From assembly GCA_964517555.1 (NCBI GenBank), contig CAZFEF010000002.1:19-64018 (forward strand): a stretch of DNA of 64,000 nucleotides, given 5' to 3'. The DNA is from an uncultured Gammaproteobacteria bacterium. GTDB lineage: Bacteria > Patescibacteriota > Patescibacteriia > Patescibacteriales > UBA12465. Position numbers and translations under genes: made by a program. Below are positions 55,374-64,000 of the stretch, piece after piece (the first letter of the stretch is position 1; each line of letters starts with the position of its first letter). The notes under the pieces are model-generated. The model searched no databases. It was not told the DNA's origin and saw only the letters and a list, made by a program, of their open reading frames with translations.

Positions 55374-55401
55374 TTGACTTTTATTTTATTTATGCTATAC
55401 T
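55374..55401 (+). promoter_or_regulatory. Promoter of the R-M/defence operon
   Basis: TTGACT, 16 nt, TATACT, 8 nt, then ATG(55410). Confidence 0.55.
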
Positions 55402-55409
55402 ATCTATGT

Positions 55410-55991
55410 ATGCAGAAACAAACAAACAAACAACTTAAAGAGATTGCCGAAGTTATTCTGGGCTACACCTTTCGCTCTAAACTTGAAAAACAAGCAGACG
55501 GAGATGTTTTGGTGCTTCAAGCCAGGAATATTATCGAGGATCTTTTAATTAAAGAAGATGATTTATTGCGGGTTGACCTCGGCAACAACAGAACTAACGC
55601 CTTTGCTAAAAATGATGATGTTGCATTGTCTTCACGTGGCAGCTTTAAGGCTGCTGTTATGAAAACTGATTCGGATTCAGTTATTGCGTCATCTTCTGTT
55701 TATTTATTAAGACTTAAAACAGACAAAGTATTGCCGGAGTATTTAGCAATATATTTAAATTCAGATTTTTCTCAAAAACAAATTAAAGAAAAAATAACCG
55801 GAGTTGTCATTAATGCTTTATTAAAAAGAAACGTTGAAGAACTAGAAATAGTTATACCAAACGTAAAAGCTCAGAAAAAAGTTATATCGATTTACTATAA
55901 TAATCTGCTTTATCAAAAATTATTAACAAAAAAGCAGTTACTTAATAGTCAAATTAATAAAGAACTTATCAATAAATTAATAAATTCTTAA
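55410..55991 (+). CDS. hsdS: Half-size Type I restriction specificity subunit (single TRD + conserved helix)
   Basis: LKEIAEVILGYTFRS..LQARNI is an HsdS TRD entry motif, and the C-terminal helical region is IPNVKAQKKVISIYYNNLL. I chose the start at 55410 because the GTG at 55365 lies upstream of the promoter. Confidence 0.6.
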   Translation: MQKQTNKQLKEIAEVILGYTFRSKLEKQADGDVLVLQARNIIEDLLIKEDDLLRVDLGNNRTNAFAKNDDVALSSRGSFKAAVMKTDSDSVIASSSVYLLRLKTDKVLPEYLAIYLNSDFSQKQIKEKITGVVINALLKRNVEELEIVIPNVKAQKKVISIYYNNLLYQKLLTKKQLLNSQINKELINKLINS

Positions 55992-55995
55992 AAAT

Positions 55996-57510
55996 ATGTC
56001 TACGAACAAAATTACCCAGCAAGATCTTAATAAAATTCTTTGGGCTGCCGCTGACTCCTCTCGTATTCAGGTTGACGGCGGTATTTATAAGGACTACGTC
56101 TTAGCGATGTTGTTTTATAAATATTTAAGTGACTTATCAAGAAAGCAGCATGAAAAATATCGTGAACGCTTTGGTAGTGATGAGGCTCGTATTGCTGAGA
56201 AGATGAAAATTGACCGTTTTTATTTGCCACCAAAGACTTCTTTTGATTATATTTTTTCCTTAAGAGAGAAAGATAATATCGGTGAAGAAGTTAATAAGGC
56301 TCTGCAAGCTATTGAAGATACTAATCGCAGCAAATTAGAAGGTGTTTTTAGTATTGATTTTAATTCGGAATCTGTTCTTGGAAAACTAGAAGAACGTAAT
56401 CGAATGTTGCGCCATTTGATTGATGATTTTTCTAAAATTGATTTAAGTGAAATTGATGACGAGATTATTGGTAATTCCTACATGTACATGATTGAGAAGT
56501 TTGGAGCGGATGCTGGCAAAAAAGCGGGGGAATTTTTTAGTCCAACCCCAATCGCAACTTTACTTGCTCGTCTCGCCCAACCAAAAGATGGCAATAGAAT
56601 AGCTGATCCGGCTTGTGGTTCTGGTGGATTACTATTATTAGCTGGTCGCGAGGTGGAAAAGCAAGGTTCAAAGAATTATGCCTTGTATGGCCAAGAAAGC
56701 ACCGGTTCCACCTATCAATTAGCCCGAATGAATATGTTTCTTCATGGTAAGGATTCGGCTCGTCTGGAGTGGGGTGATACTTTAAATAACCCATTATTAG
56801 TTGAAGATGATAAGTTGATGAAATTTGATACGGTTATAGCAAATCCCCCGTTTTCGCTTAAAAAATGGGGTGCTGAAAATGCTGAGGCTGATAAATACAA
56901 GCGATTCTGGCGCGGAGTGCCCCCTAAAGATAAAGGTGATTTTGCTTTTATTACTCACATGGTGGAAACAGCTAAGCCAAAGACTGGTCGAGTAGCTGTT
57001 ATTGTCCCTCACGGTGTCTTATTTCGCGGCGGCACAGAAGGCAAAATTCGCGAAGCATTACTCAGAGAAAACATTATCGATGCTGTTATTGGTTTGCCGT
57101 CTGGCTTATTTCAAACAACAGGCATCCCAGTTGCTATTTTAATTATTGATCGTTCTCGCGAACATGGTGGTGAGAATGAAAATAAAAAAGATGTTTTGTT
57201 CATTGAAGCTTCAAAAGAATTTAAACCAGGCAAGGCACAAAATACCTTAGCTGAAGAAAATATTGAGAAAATCTACAGCACTTATGCTAAACGTAAGGAT
57301 ATTGAGAAATTTTCTAGGAAGGTTGATTTTAAAGAAATCGAGGAGAATGATTTTAATTTAAATATTACTAGATACGTTGATACTTTTGTGGAAGAGGAGC
57401 CCGTTGATATAAAAGCTAATTTAAAAGAATTGGAGGAACTTGAACCAGAATTACAAAAATTAGAGAAACAGATGGCTGAGTATTTAAAAGAACTTGGAAT
57501 AAAATCATGA
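55996..57510 (+). CDS. hsdM: Type I restriction-modification N6-adenine DNA methyltransferase subunit
   Basis: 504 aa with the HsdM N-terminal domain (LWAAADSSR), motif I DPACGSGGLL and motif IV NPPFS. Confidence 0.9.
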   Translation: MSTNKITQQDLNKILWAAADSSRIQVDGGIYKDYVLAMLFYKYLSDLSRKQHEKYRERFGSDEARIAEKMKIDRFYLPPKTSFDYIFSLREKDNIGEEVNKALQAIEDTNRSKLEGVFSIDFNSESVLGKLEERNRMLRHLIDDFSKIDLSEIDDEIIGNSYMYMIEKFGADAGKKAGEFFSPTPIATLLARLAQPKDGNRIADPACGSGGLLLLAGREVEKQGSKNYALYGQESTGSTYQLARMNMFLHGKDSARLEWGDTLNNPLLVEDDKLMKFDTVIANPPFSLKKWGAENAEADKYKRFWRGVPPKDKGDFAFITHMVETAKPKTGRVAVIVPHGVLFRGGTEGKIREALLRENIIDAVIGLPSGLFQTTGIPVAILIIDRSREHGGENENKKDVLFIEASKEFKPGKAQNTLAEENIEKIYSTYAKRKDIEKFSRKVDFKEIEENDFNLNITRYVDTFVEEEPVDIKANLKELEELEPELQKLEKQMAEYLKELGIKS

Positions 57511-57514
57511 AATT

Positions 57515-58762
57515 ATGAAGGATATAACTCTACTAACAGTAAAAAAAACCAAATCTAAGGAATCTTTTAACCTATCTTTAAAAGGAAAAGACACGGGTTT
57601 TTTAGTTTTAGAAAAATTTACTAACGGCAATATAACCAGATATCCATTTTATAATTCATTTGGAACCATAAAAAATAGGTATGCTTCTATAAAAAGGATC
57701 ACCACAACCGGAGGTAAAAAGCCCGCTTCTGGTATATCTGTAAATATTTCAGGTGGGTTTGGTTTTACCAAACCAAAAGGGGTTCAAGATTTGTTCTATT
57801 TTTTTCAAGAAAAATTTCCGGACATTGAAGAGGTTGTATTTATTGAGAAAGGAAAAACGGAAATCAAGAACAAAAAACTTTATATTCTCTTGTCAGATTT
57901 TCATAAAATTGAATATAGTGCTCAGAAAAATAAAGAAAAACAGAATAAGGAATTACGTCAAACTCATCAGAATATTTTTAATTCTATATTACCAGCAAAG
58001 TTTAACGTAGCCCCTAAAATTCAATACACGGAGAATGATTTGTCTAACTTTTTTAATAAATACGACATTGATCAGATGAAGTTGTCTGTGGATGACTCAA
58101 GTATTATAAAAACTTTTATTGATAATAAAATTTTAAGCAAAGAAATACTATTATCATCAAAAAATCAGATAGACACGCTTTATGTTGAGGATATCTTATT
58201 GCAATATAAAATTTTGATGAGCAAAAACACTAAGGAAGAAGATTGGCAAGAATTTTTTAATAAGAATAATTGGATTTTTAGTAATGTATTTTATTTTCCC
58301 GTTTCATTTACAAAGGATAAGTTTAATGTTGGCGGTAATAACATTAATGAAACAAATAATGATAAAATTGTAGATTTTTTATATAAAAACCATTTAACTG
58401 ACAACTTAGCTTTTATAGAGATAAAAACAAACAAAACACCTCTTGTAATGAAAACACAATACAGAAAGGGAATATTCCCAATCAGTAAAGACATTTCAGG
58501 GTCTATAATCCAAGTTCAAGATCAAAAGAATGAATTACTTAAAAATTTTCATTCAAAGCTGGGTCAATCAGGTTTGCAAATTTCCAATTCTCAATGTGTA
58601 GTTATTGCCGGCAGCTTAGATAAATTAACTCAAAAACAAAAGAGTAGCTTTGATTTATTTCGATTATCAAACAAAGAAGTGTTGATTATAACTTTTGATG
58701 AATTGTTGAAAAAGATTGAAACCACATTAGGACTTTTTAAAAAGAAGTCAAAATTGAAATAA
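57515..58762 (+). CDS. DUF4263/Shedu (SduA)-like PD-(D/E)xK nuclease with an uncharacterised N-terminal domain
   Basis: The C-terminal third matches my memory of the DUF4263 pattern: EEDWQEFFNKNNWIF; D287 (IVDFLY); E302-x-K304 (FIEIKT); IIQVQDQ; and VVIAGS...LIITFDELL. The gene is squeezed between hsdM (4-nt gap) and hsdS (1-nt gap). Confidence 0.6.
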   Translation: MKDITLLTVKKTKSKESFNLSLKGKDTGFLVLEKFTNGNITRYPFYNSFGTIKNRYASIKRITTTGGKKPASGISVNISGGFGFTKPKGVQDLFYFFQEKFPDIEEVVFIEKGKTEIKNKKLYILLSDFHKIEYSAQKNKEKQNKELRQTHQNIFNSILPAKFNVAPKIQYTENDLSNFFNKYDIDQMKLSVDDSSIIKTFIDNKILSKEILLSSKNQIDTLYVEDILLQYKILMSKNTKEEDWQEFFNKNNWIFSNVFYFPVSFTKDKFNVGGNNINETNNDKIVDFLYKNHLTDNLAFIEIKTNKTPLVMKTQYRKGIFPISKDISGSIIQVQDQKNELLKNFHSKLGQSGLQISNSQCVVIAGSLDKLTQKQKSSFDLFRLSNKEVLIITFDELLKKIETTLGLFKKKSKLK

Positions 58763-58763
58763 T

Positions 58764-59996
58764 ATGAAAAGTGACCAGAAACAAAAAAATATCCCAAATG
58801 ATTGGGCGGAAGTCGGACTTGCTGATATCGGTAGTTTTTCGAAAGGAGCAGGTATTTCAAAGGATCAGTTAGTTAATAATGGGAATAACGCTGTTCGATA
58901 TGGCGAGCTTTATACTACGCATAATTTCCAAATAAAAAAAATTTATTCTTTTATACCAGATAAAATCATTCCCGAAACTAAAAAAATAAAATATGGGGAT
59001 ATATTATTTGCTGGATCTGGCGAAACTATAGATGAGATTGGCAAATCGGCGGCATATTTATTAAAAGAAGATTGTTATGCTGGTGGCGATTTAATTATTT
59101 TTAGCCCAAAAGATGCAAATAGTTTATTTTTGTCATATTTTTTAAACGTTGGAGAGGCTAGAAAAAAATTACGCGAGCTCGGTCAGGGACAGTCAATAGT
59201 ACATATTTATAAGAGCGATATAGAAAAATTAAGGGTTCATTTGCCATCTCTTTCCGAGCAAAATCGCATTGTTTCAGTTCTTGGAACGTGGGATAAGGCT
59301 ATCGAAAAAATGGCGAAGAAGATTGAGTATAAAAAAAATATTAAAAAAGGTCTAATGCAACGATTGATGGCTGGTGAACTTCGGCTGGTTGGATTCAGTA
59401 ATCCATGGCAAACATTAAAATTGGGGCAAGTAATAGAAAATTCCGGTGCTCGAAATAAAAAATTAAAATACAAAAGAGTGTTGAGTGTTACTAATAAGCA
59501 CGGTTTTGTCTTACCGGAAAATCAATTTGCTAGAGTTATTGCTAGTGAAGACCTTTCAAATTACAAAATTGTATTCAATGGTGAGTTTGCTTACAACCCG
59601 TCCCGTATTAATGTTGGATCAATTTCTAGGTTAGATAAATTTGAAAATGGTATTCTAAGTCCAATGTATATCGTATTCAAAACAAAGCCTGAAGTTAGCT
59701 CAGACTATATTTTTCATTGGATTCATTCCTCGGAAGCAAGAGGCAGAATAAAAAGTTGCGTCAGTGGATCCGTTAGAGAAAGTGTTGATTTTAAAAGTTT
59801 GGCCTCAATAAAGATTAAACTACCCTCTTTTGCGGAACAAGAAGGTATTGCGGCTATATTAAATAAGGCTGATAAAGAAATAGTATTACTAAATAAAAAA
59901 CTAAAACAACTTAAAGCGCAAAAGAATTATCTACTTAATAATCTGATTACTGGCGCCGTTAGAACGCCTGAAATGATGAAAATAAAATCACAATAA
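58764..59996 (+). CDS. hsdS: Type I restriction specificity subunit (two TRDs)
   Basis: 410 aa with two TRDs. Each is followed by a conserved helix (LPSLSEQNRIVSVL and LPSFAEQEGIAAIL). Confidence 0.85.
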   Translation: MKSDQKQKNIPNDWAEVGLADIGSFSKGAGISKDQLVNNGNNAVRYGELYTTHNFQIKKIYSFIPDKIIPETKKIKYGDILFAGSGETIDEIGKSAAYLLKEDCYAGGDLIIFSPKDANSLFLSYFLNVGEARKKLRELGQGQSIVHIYKSDIEKLRVHLPSLSEQNRIVSVLGTWDKAIEKMAKKIEYKKNIKKGLMQRLMAGELRLVGFSNPWQTLKLGQVIENSGARNKKLKYKRVLSVTNKHGFVLPENQFARVIASEDLSNYKIVFNGEFAYNPSRINVGSISRLDKFENGILSPMYIVFKTKPEVSSDYIFHWIHSSEARGRIKSCVSGSVRESVDFKSLASIKIKLPSFAEQEGIAAILNKADKEIVLLNKKLKQLKAQKNYLLNNLITGAVRTPEMMKIKSQ

Positions 59997-59997
59997 T

Positions 59998-62900
59998 ATG
60001 ATCGAAGCAAATTTTGACGAAGCCAGACAATCACAATTAACATTTATTGAATTGCTGCTGGCAATGGGTTATAAATACATCTCAACAGAAGATGTTTTTA
60101 AGGAACGCCGGGGCGATTTGTCTAAGTTCATTTTGCGAGATATTGCTTTTGAAAACCTTAGCCGTATTAATAGCTATGAATATAACGGAGAGCAACAAGC
60201 TTTTAGCGACAAAGATGTCTGGGAAGCTATAGATGAGCTTGAAAATATGCAATTAGAAGGGCTGATAGACACTTCAAGAAAAGTCTATAACATGATTATG
60301 CCAACTTCTGGAGGGAAAACTATTAAAGTGCTTCATGGCGGCAAAAGCGGTTCTTACAATTTTCGCTTTATTGATTTTGAACACCCAGAAAATAACACTT
60401 TTCATGTAGCGGCCGAATTTGTAGCTAGTGGGAAAGGTAATATTCGTCCTGATATCGTTTGCTTTATTAATGGCATTCCTTTTGTCGTTATTGAAAACAA
60501 AAAGTCCGGCGTAGACGTTAAGGAGGCATTGTCTCAATTAAATCGCAATCAAGGTATTGAATATTGTCCTAAACTATTTATCTATCCGCAGTTACTTATT
60601 GGTACTAATGGTAAAGATATTCGTTATGGCACAACAGGTACTCCTAATAAGTTTTATGCCACTTGGAAAGAAAAGGAAATTAATGAGGTTGAATTTAATC
60701 AGAAAGTGAAAAATTTAATTGCCACCCCCGTTAATGTCGAAGTGTATAAGAAAATTTTAGAAGATTTAAATGGTGCCGCTTCTAATCATAAACAAAAGAT
60801 TGATCGTTTAGTAACTGAGCAGGATTTAGGCGTAGTATCTCTGCTTGAACCGGATCGCCTTTTAGATTTAACAAAAAACTATATTATTTATGACGCTGGA
60901 ATTAAAAAAATAATGCGCTATCAGCAATATTATGCAGTCCACAAGATATTAAAACGAATTGAAGAAATGGAAAATGGTACAAACCGCCAAAAAAGGAAAG
61001 GCGGTTTGGTATGGGCAACTCAAGGAAGTGGAAAATCTTTAACAATGGTGATGTTTATTAAAGCTTTAATTGAACATCCTCACATCATTAATCCGCGCGT
61101 TTTAATAGTAACTGACCGTGTAGATTTAGATAAACAGATTTCCGAAACATTTAGTAACTGTGGCCTCAAGAAAAAAGTTACCCGGGCTACTAGTGGTGGT
61201 CATTTATTAAAATTAGTTCAAGAAAAGAATCTCGATGTAATAACTACATTAGTTCATAAATTTGAATCAATTAGTAAAAAAAGAGCTGGTTTTATTGACG
61301 AATCAGAAAACATTTTCGTTTTGGTTGATGAAGCTCATCGCACTCAAAATGGTATTGCTAACTTAGAGATGAATAGAATTATTCCTAACGCTTGTTATAT
61401 TGGTTTTACGGGCACACCTTTAATGAAGAAAGAAAAAGCTAGTTGGCTTAAGTTTGGTAGCTACATTGACAAATATACTATTGATGACGCCTTAGCTGAT
61501 AAAATTATTTTACCTCTCATTTATGAAGGACGTTATGTTCCGATGACTCAAAATAAAGAACAAATTGATCGTCATGTTGAGAGAATATCAGAAGGTTTGA
61601 GCGATAACGCCAAGAAGAATTTACAAAGAGAAGTTAAAGCCAAAATTATTAAAAACAATCCTCAGGGTATTGAAGAAATAGCTTATGATATTGAGAAGCA
61701 TTATATAGAGCAGTTTCAAGGAACTGGCCTAAAGGCACAGATAGTCGCCCCATCAAAATACGCCGCTGTTTTATTTCAAAACTATTTTAAAAATAAAGAC
61801 ACCATTAAGACTGCTTTGGTTATTTCTGACGAATCAGGAAATAGTGAAGAGGATGATATCCATAAGAAAGATGTTGAAATGTATTTATTAATGCTAAAAA
61901 ATAAATATCAAAATATCAAATCTTACGAAAATGCAGTTATTGATAGTTTTAAGTATGATGATGAAGGTGTTGAAATATTAATAGTGGTCGATAAACTTCT
62001 CACTGGTTTCGATGCCCCTTGCGATACAGTTTTGTATTTAGCTAAGGACTTGCGTGATCATAACTTACTTCAAGCTATCGCCCGTGTTAATCGTTTATTT
62101 GAAAATAAGAAGCTCCCAAAGACTGCGGGCTATATTATCGATTATTCAGAGAATGCTAAGAACTTAGATACAGCGATGAAACTTTTCGGCAACTACGATG
62201 AAGATGATGTTAAAGGCACATTAATTGACGTCAAAGAAAAGATTGATGAGTTGGAAAAGAGTTTTTCTGTCGTTCATGACTTATTTAAAGACGTCAAAGA
62301 TCAAAAAGATGATGAGGAATATTTGAATCGTCTGCAAGATAAACCAGATAGGGATGTTTTCTATAAGGCACTCAATGAGTTTATTAAAAATTTTAATGAG
62401 TGCTTAGTTTTGCAGGATTTTGTTCATGAATTTAAACATGTTGATGTTTATAAAAATCAGCTTAAGAAGTTTTTGGAGCTAAGAAGCTCGGCAAGTTTGA
62501 AATACGCCGATAAAGAAGACTTATCTGAATATAAATTAGCGTTGGTTAAAATTTTAGATAAATATATCGACGCTGAAAAAGTTGAATTATTAACAAAACA
62601 AATTAATATTCATGATGCAGATAGCTTCAATCAGGTAATTGAAGAATTGGGTTCTAATAAATCTAAGGCTGAAGCCATTGCTACCCAGACGCAAAGAACA
62701 ATTACTGAAAAAATGGATACCGATCCAGAATTCTACCATCGTTTTTCTGAGAAGGTTGATTCAATACTTAGAAAATTAAGAGAAGGAAAACTAGCTGATT
62801 TAGAGGCGCTTCAGCAAATGAAGTTAATTAGCGACCAAGTTATTAATAAAAAAGATACTGAGGTTCCAGAAGAAATTCAAGCTAAAAAAGGGGCTGATGT

Positions 62901-63180
62901 TTTTTATCGCAACCTTCATTCGATGTTTGGAAAATATAATTTAACTGAATCACTGTATATTCAAATTATCGATGGCATCTGTGATATCTTAAATGCCGAA
63001 GCAATTGTTGATTGGTACAAAAATCCGGAAGTTAAACGTGTAATGCAAAATAAAATTGATGACTATCTTTATGATGTTGTTGGCCAAAACCTAGGTGTTA
63101 AGTTGTCTAATGAAGATTTGCAAAAAGCAGTCCAAGAAATAATGCAGCTGGCCGAATACAATTATGATATATTTGATTAA
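59998..63180 (+). CDS. hsdR: Type I restriction endonuclease/translocase subunit
   Basis: 1060 aa with an N-terminal nuclease region (..D..VIENKK, PD-ExK-like), SF2 motor motifs ATQGSGKSLTM and DEAHRTQ, and a helical C-terminus. Confidence 0.9.
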   Translation: MIEANFDEARQSQLTFIELLLAMGYKYISTEDVFKERRGDLSKFILRDIAFENLSRINSYEYNGEQQAFSDKDVWEAIDELENMQLEGLIDTSRKVYNMIMPTSGGKTIKVLHGGKSGSYNFRFIDFEHPENNTFHVAAEFVASGKGNIRPDIVCFINGIPFVVIENKKSGVDVKEALSQLNRNQGIEYCPKLFIYPQLLIGTNGKDIRYGTTGTPNKFYATWKEKEINEVEFNQKVKNLIATPVNVEVYKKILEDLNGAASNHKQKIDRLVTEQDLGVVSLLEPDRLLDLTKNYIIYDAGIKKIMRYQQYYAVHKILKRIEEMENGTNRQKRKGGLVWATQGSGKSLTMVMFIKALIEHPHIINPRVLIVTDRVDLDKQISETFSNCGLKKKVTRATSGGHLLKLVQEKNLDVITTLVHKFESISKKRAGFIDESENIFVLVDEAHRTQNGIANLEMNRIIPNACYIGFTGTPLMKKEKASWLKFGSYIDKYTIDDALADKIILPLIYEGRYVPMTQNKEQIDRHVERISEGLSDNAKKNLQREVKAKIIKNNPQGIEEIAYDIEKHYIEQFQGTGLKAQIVAPSKYAAVLFQNYFKNKDTIKTALVISDESGNSEEDDIHKKDVEMYLLMLKNKYQNIKSYENAVIDSFKYDDEGVEILIVVDKLLTGFDAPCDTVLYLAKDLRDHNLLQAIARVNRLFENKKLPKTAGYIIDYSENAKNLDTAMKLFGNYDEDDVKGTLIDVKEKIDELEKSFSVVHDLFKDVKDQKDDEEYLNRLQDKPDRDVFYKALNEFIKNFNECLVLQDFVHEFKHVDVYKNQLKKFLELRSSASLKYADKEDLSEYKLALVKILDKYIDAEKVELLTKQINIHDADSFNQVIEELGSNKSKAEAIATQTQRTITEKMDTDPEFYHRFSEKVDSILRKLREGKLADLEALQQMKLISDQVINKKDTEVPEEIQAKKGADVFYRNLHSMFGKYNLTESLYIQIIDGICDILNAEAIVDWYKNPEVKRVMQNKIDDYLYDVVGQNLGVKLSNEDLQKAVQEIMQLAEYNYDIFD

Positions 63181-63189
63181 ATAATTATC

Positions 63190-63891
63190 ATGGAAACATT
63201 TATTTACGGGAAACATCAATATAACTACAAGCTATTGCGATTAGATCGTAAAACTTTGAGTTTGACCGTTTTGCCCGATCTATCTATCGTGGTGCGTTGC
63301 CCTATAAAAGCAAAGCGGGATCGTATTGATGCTTTCTTAAAAAAGAAATGGTTATGGTTAGAGGAGCAAATTAAGTACTTCAAAAAATATCAGCGTAAAA
63401 ACACAAACAAAGAGTATGTTTCCGGAGAGAGCTTTTTATATCTAGGAAGACAATATAAGTTAAACATTAAAGCCTCCAGTGTTGACTCAGTGTCGCTTAA
63501 TAAGGGCGTTATAGTTTGTAATACCACTGATTCTGCCAAAAATAATTCCAGTATTAGAAACTTGATTAATAAATGGTACTTAGAAAAGGCTAAATTGATA
63601 TTTTCTGAACGTTATAATGAGGTGTTTGGGCGTTTTAATTATAACAATAAACCAAAGTTGTCTATTAAAAAGATGGATAAACGTTGGGGTAGTTTCGTTA
63701 GAGGAAAGAGCATAATTCTAAATCCATTGTTAATACAAACATCTAAGGACTGCATAGATTATGTCATTACTCATGAACTCTGCCACGTCAAATATCGTGA
63801 TCACAGTAAGACTTTTTATAAGTTGTTGAGATCTAAGTGTCCGGGATGGGAAATTATTAAAGAGAAGTTGGAAACAAGATTAATAAAATAA
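63190..63891 (+). CDS. YgjP/DUF45-type zinc metallopeptidase (HExxH)
   Basis: 233 aa. ITHELCHVKYRDHSKTFYKLL is the family signature, and the gene lies 9 nt downstream of hsdR. Confidence 0.75.
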   Translation: METFIYGKHQYNYKLLRLDRKTLSLTVLPDLSIVVRCPIKAKRDRIDAFLKKKWLWLEEQIKYFKKYQRKNTNKEYVSGESFLYLGRQYKLNIKASSVDSVSLNKGVIVCNTTDSAKNNSSIRNLINKWYLEKAKLIFSERYNEVFGRFNYNNKPKLSIKKMDKRWGSFVRGKSIILNPLLIQTSKDCIDYVITHELCHVKYRDHSKTFYKLLRSKCPGWEIIKEKLETRLIK

Positions 63892-63924
63892 ATATATGAA
63901 TCTAAAAAAATTTTGCAAATAAAA

Positions 63925-63959
63925 AGAACGTATAACCTTTAGCTAAGATGATACGTTCT
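63925..63959 (+). terminator. Hairpin after the operon (no T-run)
   Basis: AGAACGTAT / ATACGTTCT 9-bp stem with a 17-nt loop. Confidence 0.35.
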
Positions 63960-64000
63960 GGAGGGTACCCCTTTTGTTAGACACATTGTCTATGGAGTTC

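Larger units (their letters stand above)
53803..64000. mobile_element. Putative integrated genomic (defence) island at tRNA-Ser. The right end is beyond the window.
   Basis: It is adjacent to a tRNA, carries a large serine recombinase, is AT-shifted in composition and carries only defence-type cargo. Confidence 0.55.

Noticed and set aside
53913-59996. Phase-variable hsdS shufflon driven by the adjacent recombinase.
   Set aside because: I found no inverted or direct nucleotide repeats shared by the two hsdS genes, and none flanking the promoter. The recombinase is of the large serine (integrase) type next to a tRNA, which favours an integration role. This was not checked computationally.

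Overview
This 64 kb window comes from a compact, gene-dense bacterial chromosome that uses the standard genetic code. Genes often overlap by 4 nt or abut, and TGA works as a stop. The window spans the replication-origin neighbourhood: rpmH-rnpA-yidD-yidC on the minus strand, diverging from dnaA-oriC-dnaN on the plus strand. About 85% of it is housekeeping. This includes translation and RNA genes (smpB, tig, nusA, infB, rbfA, pnp, trmD, efp, trpS, and ribosomal proteins S6, S15, S16, S18, S20 and L34), replication and repair genes (polA, holA, dnaA, dnaN, ssb, ruvC), cell-wall genes (murD, murI, PBP1A, a LysM-M23 peptidase), an H+-pyrophosphatase, and a glgA/GH57 glycogen cluster. I found 10 tRNA genes by eye. 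One of them, tRNA-Pro(GGG), is hidden inside the spurious 5' extension of the PBP1A ORF. There is no rRNA and no CRISPR array. The gene content, small proteins, near absence of Shine-Dalgarno motifs and charged tails on ribosomal proteins suggest a reduced-genome, Patescibacteria/CPR-like organism, but this is inference only. The accessory part runs from 53.8 kb to at least 64.0 kb. It is an AT-shifted island next to tRNA-Ser(CGA). It carries a large serine recombinase and a six-gene operon: half-size HsdS, HsdM, a 415-aa DUF4263/Shedu-like PD-(D/E)xK nuclease wedged between hsdM and hsdS, full HsdS, HsdR and a YgjP-type HExxH metallopeptidase. This is the best candidate for a composite or unusual defence system. 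Other notable points: single-base homopolymer frameshifts in rpmH (L34) and in a YdeN-type hydrolase; an initiator tRNA with C33 and A1xA72; several promoters placed so that the mRNAs would be leaderless; two CDSs that start 3-4 nt after a tRNA 3' end; and a promoter-hairpin-terminator unit upstream of rpsF. All calls come from reading the sequence and the supplied ORF track by eye, with no database searches.
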